A DNA stretch of 64,000 nt from Planctomycetota bacterium (GTDB lineage Bacteria; Planctomycetota; B15-G4), in the NCBI GenBank assembly GCA_038212275.1, contig JBBQUR010000023.1, positions 1-64,000 on the forward strand. Reading direction: 5' to 3'. The notes below the pieces were generated by a model that saw only the letters and a list, made by a program, of their open reading frames with translations, was not told where the DNA came from and made no database searches. A program made the translations under genes and the position numbers. How positions within the stretch are numbered: the stretch's first letter is position 1; the number at the start of each line of letters is the position of its first letter. Shown one piece after another: positions 1 to 8,386 of this stretch.

Positions 1-233
1 GGCGCGGCGCCGCGCCCCCGCCCCCCCCCGCGGCGGCCCCCTTGGCGCGCGGGCCCCCCCCTCCCCCCCCCCGGGGGGTGTTGTTGGCGCCCCCCTCCAA
101 AAACACCCCCCCCCGCGCCGACGTCGCGCATCGGCATCAGCTCCGGCCGGCCTGTCGGGGTCATTCGCCGATCGGGGGGGCCGGCAGCGCGGCCGGCAGC
201 TTCAGCGCGCCCGCCGGAAGCGGTCGATCAGCT

Positions 234-3200
234 TCAAGGCACGGAAGCATCCTGCGGCGACTCCTCCGCCGGACGGCGGAGCGCTTCCTGAAAGTCGGGC
301 CGCGCCCGCAGCAGCTCGAAGTCGGGATCCGTCCGCAGCGAGGCGAGGTCGCTGAAACCGTTTTCGAGCGCCGACCGGAGCGCGTCGAGCGCGCGATCCT
401 CGATGCGCCGCCGCAGTGCGTCGCGCTCCTGCGGCGGCAGATCCCGCGCATCGCGCGCGGCGAGCGTGCCGTGGGCCAGCGTGAGGAAGATCTGCTGGAG
501 CACGTCGGCGCGTCGGACCTCGAGCGCGAGGGCCTGCTCCATGGTCTGCAGTGCGAGCGCGGGATCGCCCGAGTCGAACTGCACCTCGGCGAGCTGGCTG
601 AGCGCGGAAGCGTATTGCGCGGTCACGCCCGGATCGGCGGGGACCGCCGCGTGCGCGTCGCGCAGCAGGTCAACGGCGCGGAGCGCGCTCTCCATGGCCA
701 GGTCCGGCTTGTGAAGTCCGAGCTCGACGGCCGCCGCCGCGGTGCAGGCAGCGCCCAGATAGTAGGCATACTCCACTCGTCCGGGATGATCCGCGGCGAG
801 CAGGCCGAGCTGCGCCACCGATTCCTCGACGATCGGTCGCGCCTCGCCGAAGCGCTCCTGGCCGACCAGCTCGGCCACGACATTGAGCCCGATGATCGCG
901 CAGCGCTTGCGGTATTCGCGCTGCTCCGGGAACTCCCGCGTGAGTTCCAGCGCGACGTCGAATCCGCGCCGCAGGACGCTCTCGGCCAGGCTGCGATCGG
1001 AACGCGTGAGCAGCAGCAGGCCGTAGTTCGACGCGCACTCCACGGCGCTGTTGCGCACTCCGCGACTCGGCGACGGCGCCGCGAGCAGCGCCGTGGTCGC
1101 AGCCCAGGCGTCGCGGAACAGCTCCTCGGCTTCCTCCGCGCGCCCGAGATCCACGTCGATCAAGGCGGCCTTGCCCAGCGCGTCCGCGCGCAGCGAGACG
1201 AAGCTCGACTCCTCGGGATGCGCGGCCGCGAGCGGCGCCGCTGCACCGGCCGCCCGACTGTAGAAGTCTGCGGCTTCCTCGAGCAGGCCTTGCGACTGCG
1301 CCACCAGCCCGAGCCCCTTGAGGCAGACGGCCAGATCATGCACATACTCGTGCGGCACGGGAGCCGAAGCCACGAGCCGCTCCAGCTCGGCGCACGCCTC
1401 GGTCCACTGCCGCTGCGCCTCGTCGAGCCGGCCGTCGACGTAGAGGCGGCTGGCTGATTGCGAGAGCGTGCTGGCGAAGGCGTGCCGCAGATCCGCGGAC
1501 TCCGGATCCTCGAGCTTCAGCGCGCGCATCTCCTGCAGGGCCTGCTCGTACAGCGATTTCGCCTCGTCGTCACGGCCCAGCTCGCTCAGCAGGTCGGCGA
1601 TCGATCGGTGCGTGCGCGCCTGCTCGCGCCGCACGTCCACGTCGCCGGGATGATCCGATTCCAGTTCGCGATAGAAGTCGAGTGCGCGCTCCAGCAGCTC
1701 GTTGCGAACCGGCTCGAACTGCGGGATCTCGCGCAGGTCCTCGGCGCCGACGCTGGCGAGCATTTCCCCGACGGCCGACAGCGAGCGGTCGAAGGCCTTC
1801 TCGGCGCGCAGGCGTTGCCTCTGCTCCGCACCCAGCGCGGCCTCCAGTTCGACGCGCCTGACGTCCAGCGTGACGTGCGCGGCCTGCAACGTGTCGAGCG
1901 CACGGTCGAGTTCGGCGTTCGTCGTGACGAGCCGCGCATTGAGCGCGCGTTCCTTGTCCGCGGCGCGCGCCTGCACGACGCCGTAGCTCACGGGGCCGCC
2001 GATGAGCAGCAGCGCACCCAGCGCGGCCGAGGCCGCGGTCGCCGGATTGCGTTGCGCCCAGCGGCTCGTGCGTCGCAGCCATCCGGGGCGCCGCGCGAGG
2101 ATCGGCCGGCGATCGAGCACGCGACCGAGATCCTCGCTCAGCGCCGCCGCGCTGGCGTAGCGGCGCTCGCGGTCGCGATCGAGCGCGACGAGGCACACCG
2201 TCTCCGCGTCGCGCGGCACGGAGGAGTTCAGCGCGCGCAACGGCACGGGCCGTCCGTCGAGGATGTTGCGCCGCGTGGCCTCGGCATCGCCGTGCGCGCC
2301 GGCAAAGGGCGAGCGCAGCGTGAGCAGCTCGGCCAGCGTGGCGCCGAGCGAATAGACGTCGGTGCGCGCATCGAGGCGATCGTGCTCGCCGCGCACCTGC
2401 TCCGGCGACATCCACGCCAGCGAGCCGAGGTGACTGCCGCTGGTGGTCAGGCGCTCGCTGCCCTCGGCGGCGGCGAGGCCGAAGTCGATGAGCAGCACGC
2501 GGCCCTCGGGCGTGAGCAGCACGTTGCTCGGTTTCACGTCGCGGTGCAGGACGCCGCGTTCATGCGCATGCTGCAAAGCCTCGGCGACCTGCCGCGCGAT
2601 GCGCAGGCACGCGGCCGCCCAGCTTCCGCCGAAGAGCCGCGACGCGGCCTCCATCGTCGTGGACGACTCGTGCGGCGCGGCGCCGGACACCACGCGCGGG
2701 CCGCCGGCCACGGCGCGGGCATCGCCGGCCACGGCGCGGGCGCTGCCGGCCACGGCGCGGGCATCGCCGAGCGCGGCGCGGGAGCTGTCGGGCGCGACCG
2801 GCATGGCGCCTTCGCGCCGGGCGCGCGCCGCAAGGATTGCTGCGCGCAGATCGGCGCCGGTCAGCGTCGCAGGCTCGCGGCCGGACACTTGCGTCAGCAC
2901 CTCCTCGAGGCTTGCGCCATCGACGAGTTCCATCGCGAAGTAGGGGATGCCGCCCTCTTCGCCGCCGGCGAACACCGGCACGATGCCGGGGTGCTGCAGG
3001 CGGGCGACGGCTGCGACCTCGCGTCGGAAGCGCTCGCGCGCGCCGGGCACGTGCAGCAGCTCCGGGCGCACGAGCTTGAGCGCCACGGGACGCAGCAGGC
3101 CTTCCTGCTCGGCGCGCACCACCGTGCCCATGCCCCCGGCGCCGATCGGCGCGAGCAGTCGGAAGGCGCCGAGCCGCGCGGGTAACGCAGCGGCTCCGGC

Positions 3201-3404
3201 GCCGGCCTCGGCGAGGCCCGCGCGGCGCAGTCGCTCGACGCGCGTGCGCAGCGCGGCCGCCCGTTCGGGATGCTCGCGGCAGAGCGCCTCCAGCGCCGCC
3301 GGCCCCTCGCTGTCCATGCGTTCGAGCGCTTCGGCCACGAGCGCGACGAGCACGTCGTCACTGGCCCCGGGAAGGGGCGGCACGGGCTGCATCGGTGTCG
3401 GCAC
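234..3404 (-). CDS. Ser/Thr protein kinase (Hanks type) with TM segment, coiled coil and TPR-like C-terminal region
   Basis: Motifs IGAGGMGTV, VALKLV, HRDVKPSN, DFGLA, MSPEQ, DVYSLG; hydrophobic segment after the kinase domain; helical repeats. Start could be ATG 3392. Confidence 0.95.
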   Translation of the reverse strand: MPTPMQPVPPLPGASDDVLVALVAEALERMDSEGPAALEALCREHPERAAALRTRVERLRRAGLAEAGAGAAALPARLGAFRLLAPIGAGGMGTVVRAEQEGLLRPVALKLVRPELLHVPGARERFRREVAAVARLQHPGIVPVFAGGEEGGIPYFAMELVDGASLEEVLTQVSGREPATLTGADLRAAILAARARREGAMPVAPDSSRAALGDARAVAGSARAVAGDARAVAGGPRVVSGAAPHESSTTMEAASRLFGGSWAAACLRIARQVAEALQHAHERGVLHRDVKPSNVLLTPEGRVLLIDFGLAAAEGSERLTTSGSHLGSLAWMSPEQVRGEHDRLDARTDVYSLGATLAELLTLRSPFAGAHGDAEATRRNILDGRPVPLRALNSSVPRDAETVCLVALDRDRERRYASAAALSEDLGRVLDRRPILARRPGWLRRTSRWAQRNPATAASAALGALLLIGGPVSYGVVQARAADKERALNARLVTTNAELDRALDTLQAAHVTLDVRRVELEAALGAEQRQRLRAEKAFDRSLSAVGEMLASVGAEDLREIPQFEPVRNELLERALDFYRELESDHPGDVDVRREQARTHRSIADLLSELGRDDEAKSLYEQALQEMRALKLEDPESADLRHAFASTLSQSASRLYVDGRLDEAQRQWTEACAELERLVASAPVPHEYVHDLAVCLKGLGLVAQSQGLLEEAADFYSRAAGAAAPLAAAHPEESSFVSLRADALGKAALIDVDLGRAEEAEELFRDAWAATTALLAAPSPSRGVRNSAVECASNYGLLLLTRSDRSLAESVLRRGFDVALELTREFPEQREYRKRCAIIGLNVVAELVGQERFGEARPIVEESVAQLGLLAADHPGRVEYAYYLGAACTAAAAVELGLHKPDLAMESALRAVDLLRDAHAAVPADPGVTAQYASALSQLAEVQFDSGDPALALQTMEQALALEVRRADVLQQIFLTLAHGTLAARDARDLPPQERDALRRRIEDRALDALRSALENGFSDLASLRTDPDFELLRARPDFQEALRRPAEESPQDASVP

Positions 3405-3479
3405 GGCGGAACTCCGTAGCCACGGCGCGGCGGGCGACTGAGTCTAACGCCGGCGCGTCAGGGCCGTCGTCGGGATGCA

Positions 3480-3570
3480 GCCCGCCGTCACGCGGCCCGC
3501 CGTCTCGCGGCCCGCCGTCTCGCAGCCGGCGGTCACGCAGCCGGCGGTCTCGCAGGCGGCCGTCACGCAG
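3480..3570. repeat. Intergenic 15-bp degenerate tandem repeat (~6 copies, GCCSGCSGTCWCGCR)
   Basis: Read directly: gcccgccgtcacgcg gcccgccgtctcgcg gcccgccgtctcgca gccggcggtcacgca gccggcggtctcgca ggcggccgtcacgca; no unique spacers. Confidence 0.9.
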
Positions 3571-3642
3571 GCCTCGGATTCCTGCTTCAGGGAATGAGCG
3601 GCACGGTGCCGTGCCCATTCCCCAGCCGCGGAGCCCCTCGCC

Positions 3643-5103
3643 ATGAAGCCCACCACCCTGATCTCTCTCTGCCTGTCCGCGCTGCTCGGCGTCGCCGCCG
3701 GCGCGTCCGCGCAAGGCGGCGGCTTCAACGCCGGCGAGCTCTTCATCTACTCCTCCGTCCAGTCAACCGTCCTCAACGGCTACGGCATCCTGCGCGTGAA
3801 TCCGGTGACTGGCGCCAGCTCCGTGCTCGCGCAGACCACGGGCAGCTACTCGGCCCAGGGGCTGGGCATGGCCTTCGATCCGTATCGCCAGCGGCTCGTG
3901 TTCAGCGCGACGATCGGCAGCGGCTTCAACCACGTCTGGTTCGCGGACGGAGCCGGCAACCTGCAGAACATCACTGCCGCCAACTATCCCATCGGCGTCT
4001 TCCTGGACAACTTCGCGCCCACCGGCGACGGCCGCATCTACTGTCACCACGATGGAGGCAGCGCCGTTCCGCTGTACTGGTTCGACGCCGCGAACCAGCT
4101 CCACATCCTGTACGACAGCGATGGCGTCACGCCGATGCTGATCAACAGCACCTCCTTCAACTACAACGGCATGATTTACGACGCGGCCACGAACTCCCTG
4201 TTCGTCGCGTCCTCGCAGCCGGGGGCCGGTTATCCCATCTGGGCCGCCAACGTGTTCAAGCTGCCGCTCTCGGCGGACGGCTCGCGCGTCGTCGGCCCGG
4301 TCGTGCACACGGTGTTCGAGGTGAGCCCGAACCCGCCGCAGTTCACCAGCGGGGAATACCCGCGTGGCTGGAGCCACGGCCCGAACGGCCAGCTCATCCT
4401 CATCGTCAACTGCGTGGACGCCCTGGTCATGCCGCGCGTGCTGCAAGTGGACCCGGTGACGTCGGCCATCTCGGTGTGGAGCAATACCGGTGACTCCGGG
4501 CCGCTGACTTCGTGGGCTCAGACAACCGGCGGCGCCTACAGCTCCGCGCTCAATCAGGTGGTCGTTGTCGACTACAACCACGGCACGCTGCACGGCTACG
4601 CGCAGGGTGCGCTCGGTGGCCCCGGCAACGTGATCGCAACCAACCCGGCGCTGTCCGGCTACGGCACGACCATGCAGGTCGCGTCGGTGTCGCCGGACGC
4701 ATGCTCGGGCGGCTGGATCGCGTACGGCCTGGGACTCAAGGGCGCCGGCAACCAGGTGCCTGAACTCACGGGCTCGGGCTGCCCCGAGCCGGGCGCGCCG
4801 ATCACGCTGCAGCTCTCCGGCGCCGTGGGCGGCGCGAGCGCGGCGCTCTTCGTCGGCCTCGTGCAGGGCGCACTGCCTTTCAAGGGCGGCACCTTTCACC
4901 TCGGCTCGCTGCTGCTCACCGTCACGCTCCCGCTCGGCGGCGCGCCGGGCGTGGCCGGCGCGGGCTCGCTCACTCTGCCCACCGCGCTGCCGGCCATCCC
5001 GGCCCTCAAGGGCACGAGCGTCTTCCTGCAAGCCGCCTTCAGCGACGCCGCCGCCGTGCACGGCGTCTCGCTCACGCAGGGCCTGGAACTCGAGATCGGC
5101 TGA
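3643..5103 (+). CDS. Secreted beta-propeller-like protein with conserved ~120-aa C-terminal domain
   Basis: Signal peptide MKPTTLISLCLSALLGVAAGASA; beta-rich repeats; C-terminal W..G.GL.G...P.L.G.G / PFKGG / Q....D.AA..GV.L domain shared with three other ORFs. Confidence 0.85.
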   Translation: MKPTTLISLCLSALLGVAAGASAQGGGFNAGELFIYSSVQSTVLNGYGILRVNPVTGASSVLAQTTGSYSAQGLGMAFDPYRQRLVFSATIGSGFNHVWFADGAGNLQNITAANYPIGVFLDNFAPTGDGRIYCHHDGGSAVPLYWFDAANQLHILYDSDGVTPMLINSTSFNYNGMIYDAATNSLFVASSQPGAGYPIWAANVFKLPLSADGSRVVGPVVHTVFEVSPNPPQFTSGEYPRGWSHGPNGQLILIVNCVDALVMPRVLQVDPVTSAISVWSNTGDSGPLTSWAQTTGGAYSSALNQVVVVDYNHGTLHGYAQGALGGPGNVIATNPALSGYGTTMQVASVSPDACSGGWIAYGLGLKGAGNQVPELTGSGCPEPGAPITLQLSGAVGGASAALFVGLVQGALPFKGGTFHLGSLLLTVTLPLGGAPGVAGAGSLTLPTALPAIPALKGTSVFLQAAFSDAAAVHGVSLTQGLELEIG

Positions 5104-5243
5104 AGAACTCGCCGCACGCGGCGGGCGGGGCGTGCTTCGCCCCGTTCGCCGCCGAGCGGATCCGGACGCTGATCCGTTTGCCGCAGCGCCCCCTCCGCAG
5201 CCGCGAGTACCATGGCGCGACTCGCCCCGGGGGCCTCGCGACC

Positions 5244-5885
5244 ATGCCTGCCGACACGCCGGATCTCGTCGAGCGCATCCGGGCCGGCGATCGCGAGGCG
5301 CTGGAAGTGCTGCTGCGCAACGAGCTGCCCGGCCTGCGCGCGTATGTGCGGCTGCGCGCCGGCCCGGTGCTGCGCGAGCGCGAGTCCGCCAGCGACCTGG
5401 TGCAATCCACGTGCCGCGAGGTGCTCGGCAAGCTGGAAGCGTTTCAGTACGGCGGCGAGGCCGGCTTCCGCAGCTGGCTCTACGCGGCGGCCATGCGCAA
5501 GATCATCAATCGTGCCGAACACTGGGGCGCGCAGAAGCGCGACGCGGCTCGCGAGCAGTCGCTGCAGGGCGGCCCGCACGGCGGGGCGCCCGACGCGGCC
5601 GATGACGTCGGCCTGGCCGGTATCTACTGCACGCTGGGCACGCCGAGCCAGCATGCGATCGCGCGCGAGACCCTCGAGCTGATGGAAGCGGCCTTCGACC
5701 GCCTGCCCGAGGACCGGCGCGACATCATCGTGCTCGCGAGAATCGTGGGCCTCGACCACGCCGCCATCGCGCAACGCCTGGGTTGCAGCGAAGCCGGCGC
5801 GCGTCAGCGACTCTTCCGCGCGCTGGCCGAGTTGGCGGAGTGGCTGGAACCCGACGCCGCGGGAGGAGCGCCAGGCCACGGCTGA
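5244..5885 (+). CDS. ECF sigma-70 factor of the kinase-associated type
   Basis: GDREALEVLL, ESASDLVQ, FRSWLY (region 2); AFDRLPEDRRDIIVL...HAAIAQRLG...RQRLFRA (region 4). Confidence 0.92.
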   Translation: MPADTPDLVERIRAGDREALEVLLRNELPGLRAYVRLRAGPVLRERESASDLVQSTCREVLGKLEAFQYGGEAGFRSWLYAAAMRKIINRAEHWGAQKRDAAREQSLQGGPHGGAPDAADDVGLAGIYCTLGTPSQHAIARETLELMEAAFDRLPEDRRDIIVLARIVGLDHAAIAQRLGCSEAGARQRLFRALAELAEWLEPDAAGGAPGHG

Positions 5886-5933
5886 GGAACTGCCGGGCAC
5901 CAGCGCACCGGATGCGGCCAGCGTGGCGCCGCG

Positions 5934-6431
5934 TCAGCCCGCGAACGCCCCCGTCTCACCGGGGTGGCGCAGCATCTTGTCCACCTCGCCGCAGTGCAGC
6001 TCCTCGGCCTGCACCATGCCGCGCGCATACTCCTCGAGCATGATCGAGCGATCGGCCGTCAGGCCGAGCAACTCCATGTAGAGCTGCAGGGTCTGCAGCT
6101 CGTGATCGAGCGACTCGCGCAGGATCGCGCCGATGTCGTGGTTGTGGGTCTCGAGCAGCGGCCCGATCGAGAGCGACGGGTGGTCGCCCAGATGCGTGAT
6201 CAGCTCGCCCGCCTGCTGGGCATGGCCCATCGATTCCGTGGCCTGATCGCGCAGCCACGACACGATGGGAATGCGGTTGTAGCCGAACACCATCAGCGAG
6301 TAGTGCGTGTAGCGCACCACGCCGGCGAGCTCCATCTCGAGAATGCGATTGAGCACGCGCAGGACCGCCTTGCGGTCAAACGTGTCGGCGCGGGCGGAGA
6401 CTGCTGGCTGCTTGATCTGTTTCTTTGCCAT
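5934..6431 (-). CDS. Bacterioferritin / ferritin-like diiron protein
   Basis: LNRILEMELAGVVRY, ESMGHA, HELQTL, AEELH ferroxidase-type E/ExxH ligands. Confidence 0.85.
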   Translation of the reverse strand: MAKKQIKQPAVSARADTFDRKAVLRVLNRILEMELAGVVRYTHYSLMVFGYNRIPIVSWLRDQATESMGHAQQAGELITHLGDHPSLSIGPLLETHNHDIGAILRESLDHELQTLQLYMELLGLTADRSIMLEEYARGMVQAEELHCGEVDKMLRHPGETGAFAG

Positions 6432-6485
6432 GGGCCGCACGATACCTGCCTCGGCGTGCGCTCACCAGCCGAGGCCTCGGGAGAG

Positions 6486-6836
6486 TCAGCTCCAGCCGCG
6501 GCGCGACGCGACGTCCTCGCCCCGGAGGCACTGCTTGCGCGTCACCGTGGCGCTTCGGAGCCGGTTGTCCGCAGCTGCGACGCGCACGCGCAACGCTCCG
6601 GTGTCGGACTCGGCGTGCAGCGCCTGGTCGCGCGCCGCCTCGGCGAAAGAGGCCTCGCTGAGCGTGCGCTCGTCGAGGTCGTTCAGGTCGTCGTCGAGGC
6701 CGAGGTCGTATCCGCGCCAGACCTCCTGCGCGAAGCCCTCCCGCAGCGCGACCAGCCCGGGCAGCCCCGCCTCCACCACGTGCGGCGGCGCGCCGCGCTG
6801 CTTGAGGAAGGCTCGCATCGGATCGACGTGTCCCAT
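6486..6836 (-). CDS. Hypothetical protein
   Basis: 116-aa ORF, co-oriented and 1 bp from the upstream ORF; acidic GYDLGLDDDLNDLD segment. Confidence 0.55.
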   Translation of the reverse strand: MGHVDPMRAFLKQRGAPPHVVEAGLPGLVALREGFAQEVWRGYDLGLDDDLNDLDERTLSEASFAEAARDQALHAESDTGALRVRVAAADNRLRSATVTRKQCLRGEDVASRRGWS

Positions 6837-6837
6837 G

Positions 6838-7104
6838 TCAGTGCTCGCGCTCGAGCTGGCGCCTGAAGGACGCCTCGCCGAGCAGCGCGAAGTACTCGGC
6901 CCGCCGGCCGGACTGCAACTGCTGCAGCAGGTCGGCCAGGTCGTCCGGCGGGAGCATGCGCAGCCAGATCACCGACCACACACGCTCTCCACGACCGATC
7001 CACCCAGAGCCAGCGTGGACTCCGGCCGGCCACGGGACCGGTTCGACCGGAGTCGATCGCGGATGGAGAGGATCGCGTGCCGCGCCTTGGGTGTCCACGA
7101 GCAA
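6838..7104 (-). CDS. Small hypothetical protein (start uncertain)
   Basis: Abuts the 6836 start; plausible composition; no motif recognised. Confidence 0.4.
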   Translation of the reverse strand: MLVDTQGAARDPLHPRSTPVEPVPWPAGVHAGSGWIGRGERVWSVIWLRMLPPDDLADLLQQLQSGRRAEYFALLGEASFRRQLEREH

Positions 7105-7236
7105 GCCGCGATTCTCGCGGGGGCGGCTCCGGACAGCGCAGGGCTCACCGGCCGGACATGTGGCCCGCGAGACCGGTGGCCCGCGAGGCCTGTGGCTCCG
7201 CAGGCCGGTGCGACCCGCGCGCGCGCGACCGCCGCC

Positions 7237-8205
7237 TTACGGCGTGATGCCCTGCAGCGCGTTGGACAGCGCGACGCCCTTCACGGCCGCGGCATCCTGG
7301 ATCGCGTACTGCAACCAGAGCTCCGTGCCGGCCGGAACGCCGGAGGGCATCACGAAGGGCAGCGCAATCCCGCCGCCCGCGCTGGTCATCAGCAGGATCG
7401 GCTCGATGAGCGGGACCGGGACCAGCACGCCGCCCTTGAAGGGTGCCGCGGCGCCGGACAGGCCGACGAAGAGCGCGGCCGTCGCGCTCGGCTTGGAGCG
7501 CGACAGCGCGAGCGCGTTGTTGCTGCCGTCGGCCAGCGTGCCCGTGCCGACGAGCTTCGGGTTGCCGGCGATGCCCGCCAGCGCATTGCCCTTGTCGGTC
7601 CAGGTCGTGGTCACGGTGGCGATGGTCAGCGTCTCGAAGATCATGCCCATGGGTTCGACGGGGCCGTCATCCACGGACCAGTGGAACACGGACAGTCCCG
7701 TGTAGTCGTAGGTGCCGAGCGCGTCGAGGATGTCGAGCGACGGCAGGAAGCTGGAGGGGTAGGTCACGCTGAACGAGGACGCGAGCGCGCCGAAGCTCCC
7801 GTTCTGGGACAGCGCCTGGCCGGCCGGGTCATTCACGTTGGTGGAGGTGAAGAAGCCGTCCACGCCCGGGTCGTTGTTGCGCAGCACGAAGTACGGCGTG
7901 GTGCCCGCGGGGAAGGGGTTCTTGAGCGAGACGGCCGCCGAGTCGAAGCTCAGCGAGAAGCTGGCCTTGTCGATCGCGTAGCCGCGGGTCGGGAACAGGC
8001 CGCTGTTGACGAAGGTGTCGGAGTCCACGCGGAACTTCAGCGTGGCGTGCTCATTGTCCGCGACAAGGCCGAGCGGCGGCGCGGTGAGCAGGTCGAACTC
8101 GACGGTGCCCCGGACGGTGACCTCGACGGTGACCCCCGCGTCAGCCCGCTGCGGCAGAAGAAACGCGGCGAGCGCGACGGCGAGGAACGGGACGGGGTGC
8201 TTCAT
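7237..8205 (-). CDS. Secreted protein with conserved ~120-aa C-terminal domain
   Basis: Signal peptide ending ADA; GGAG RBS; C-terminus WTDKGNALAGIAGNPKLVGTG...PFKGGVL...QYAIQDAAAVKGVALSNAL. Confidence 0.88.
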   Translation of the reverse strand: MKHPVPFLAVALAAFLLPQRADAGVTVEVTVRGTVEFDLLTAPPLGLVADNEHATLKFRVDSDTFVNSGLFPTRGYAIDKASFSLSFDSAAVSLKNPFPAGTTPYFVLRNNDPGVDGFFTSTNVNDPAGQALSQNGSFGALASSFSVTYPSSFLPSLDILDALGTYDYTGLSVFHWSVDDGPVEPMGMIFETLTIATVTTTWTDKGNALAGIAGNPKLVGTGTLADGSNNALALSRSKPSATAALFVGLSGAAAPFKGGVLVPVPLIEPILLMTSAGGGIALPFVMPSGVPAGTELWLQYAIQDAAAVKGVALSNALQGITP

Positions 8206-8386
8206 GGCGGACTCCGAGGTGCAGCGGCAAATGAGAAGGAGAGAACGATTCCGGGGAGATCAGGGCCAGAGGATACTCGACCTCCGCAGCCCGCGCCCGG
8301 CGCGACTTCGGCGCGACTTCGGCGCGGCAGCGGCGCGCTTCTGCGCGGCGGCTGCGCGGCGGCGGAGGCGCCCGCCGTGCCGGCGC

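Noticed and set aside
1..120. Poly-C/poly-G rich start of the window and the ORF beginning at 42
   Set aside because: Composition differs sharply from the rest and looks like low-quality contig-end sequence. The ORF is antisense to the kinase.
3480..3570. Tandem arrays here and at 31261, 43633 and 60939 as possible CRISPR arrays
   Set aside because: Units are 10-15 bp, contiguous and lack unique spacers. No cas genes are in the window.
6150..6190. PSLSIGPL in the ferritin-like protein as an encapsulin targeting peptide
   Set aside because: It lies inside the four-helix bundle loop rather than at a terminus, and no encapsulin gene is nearby.
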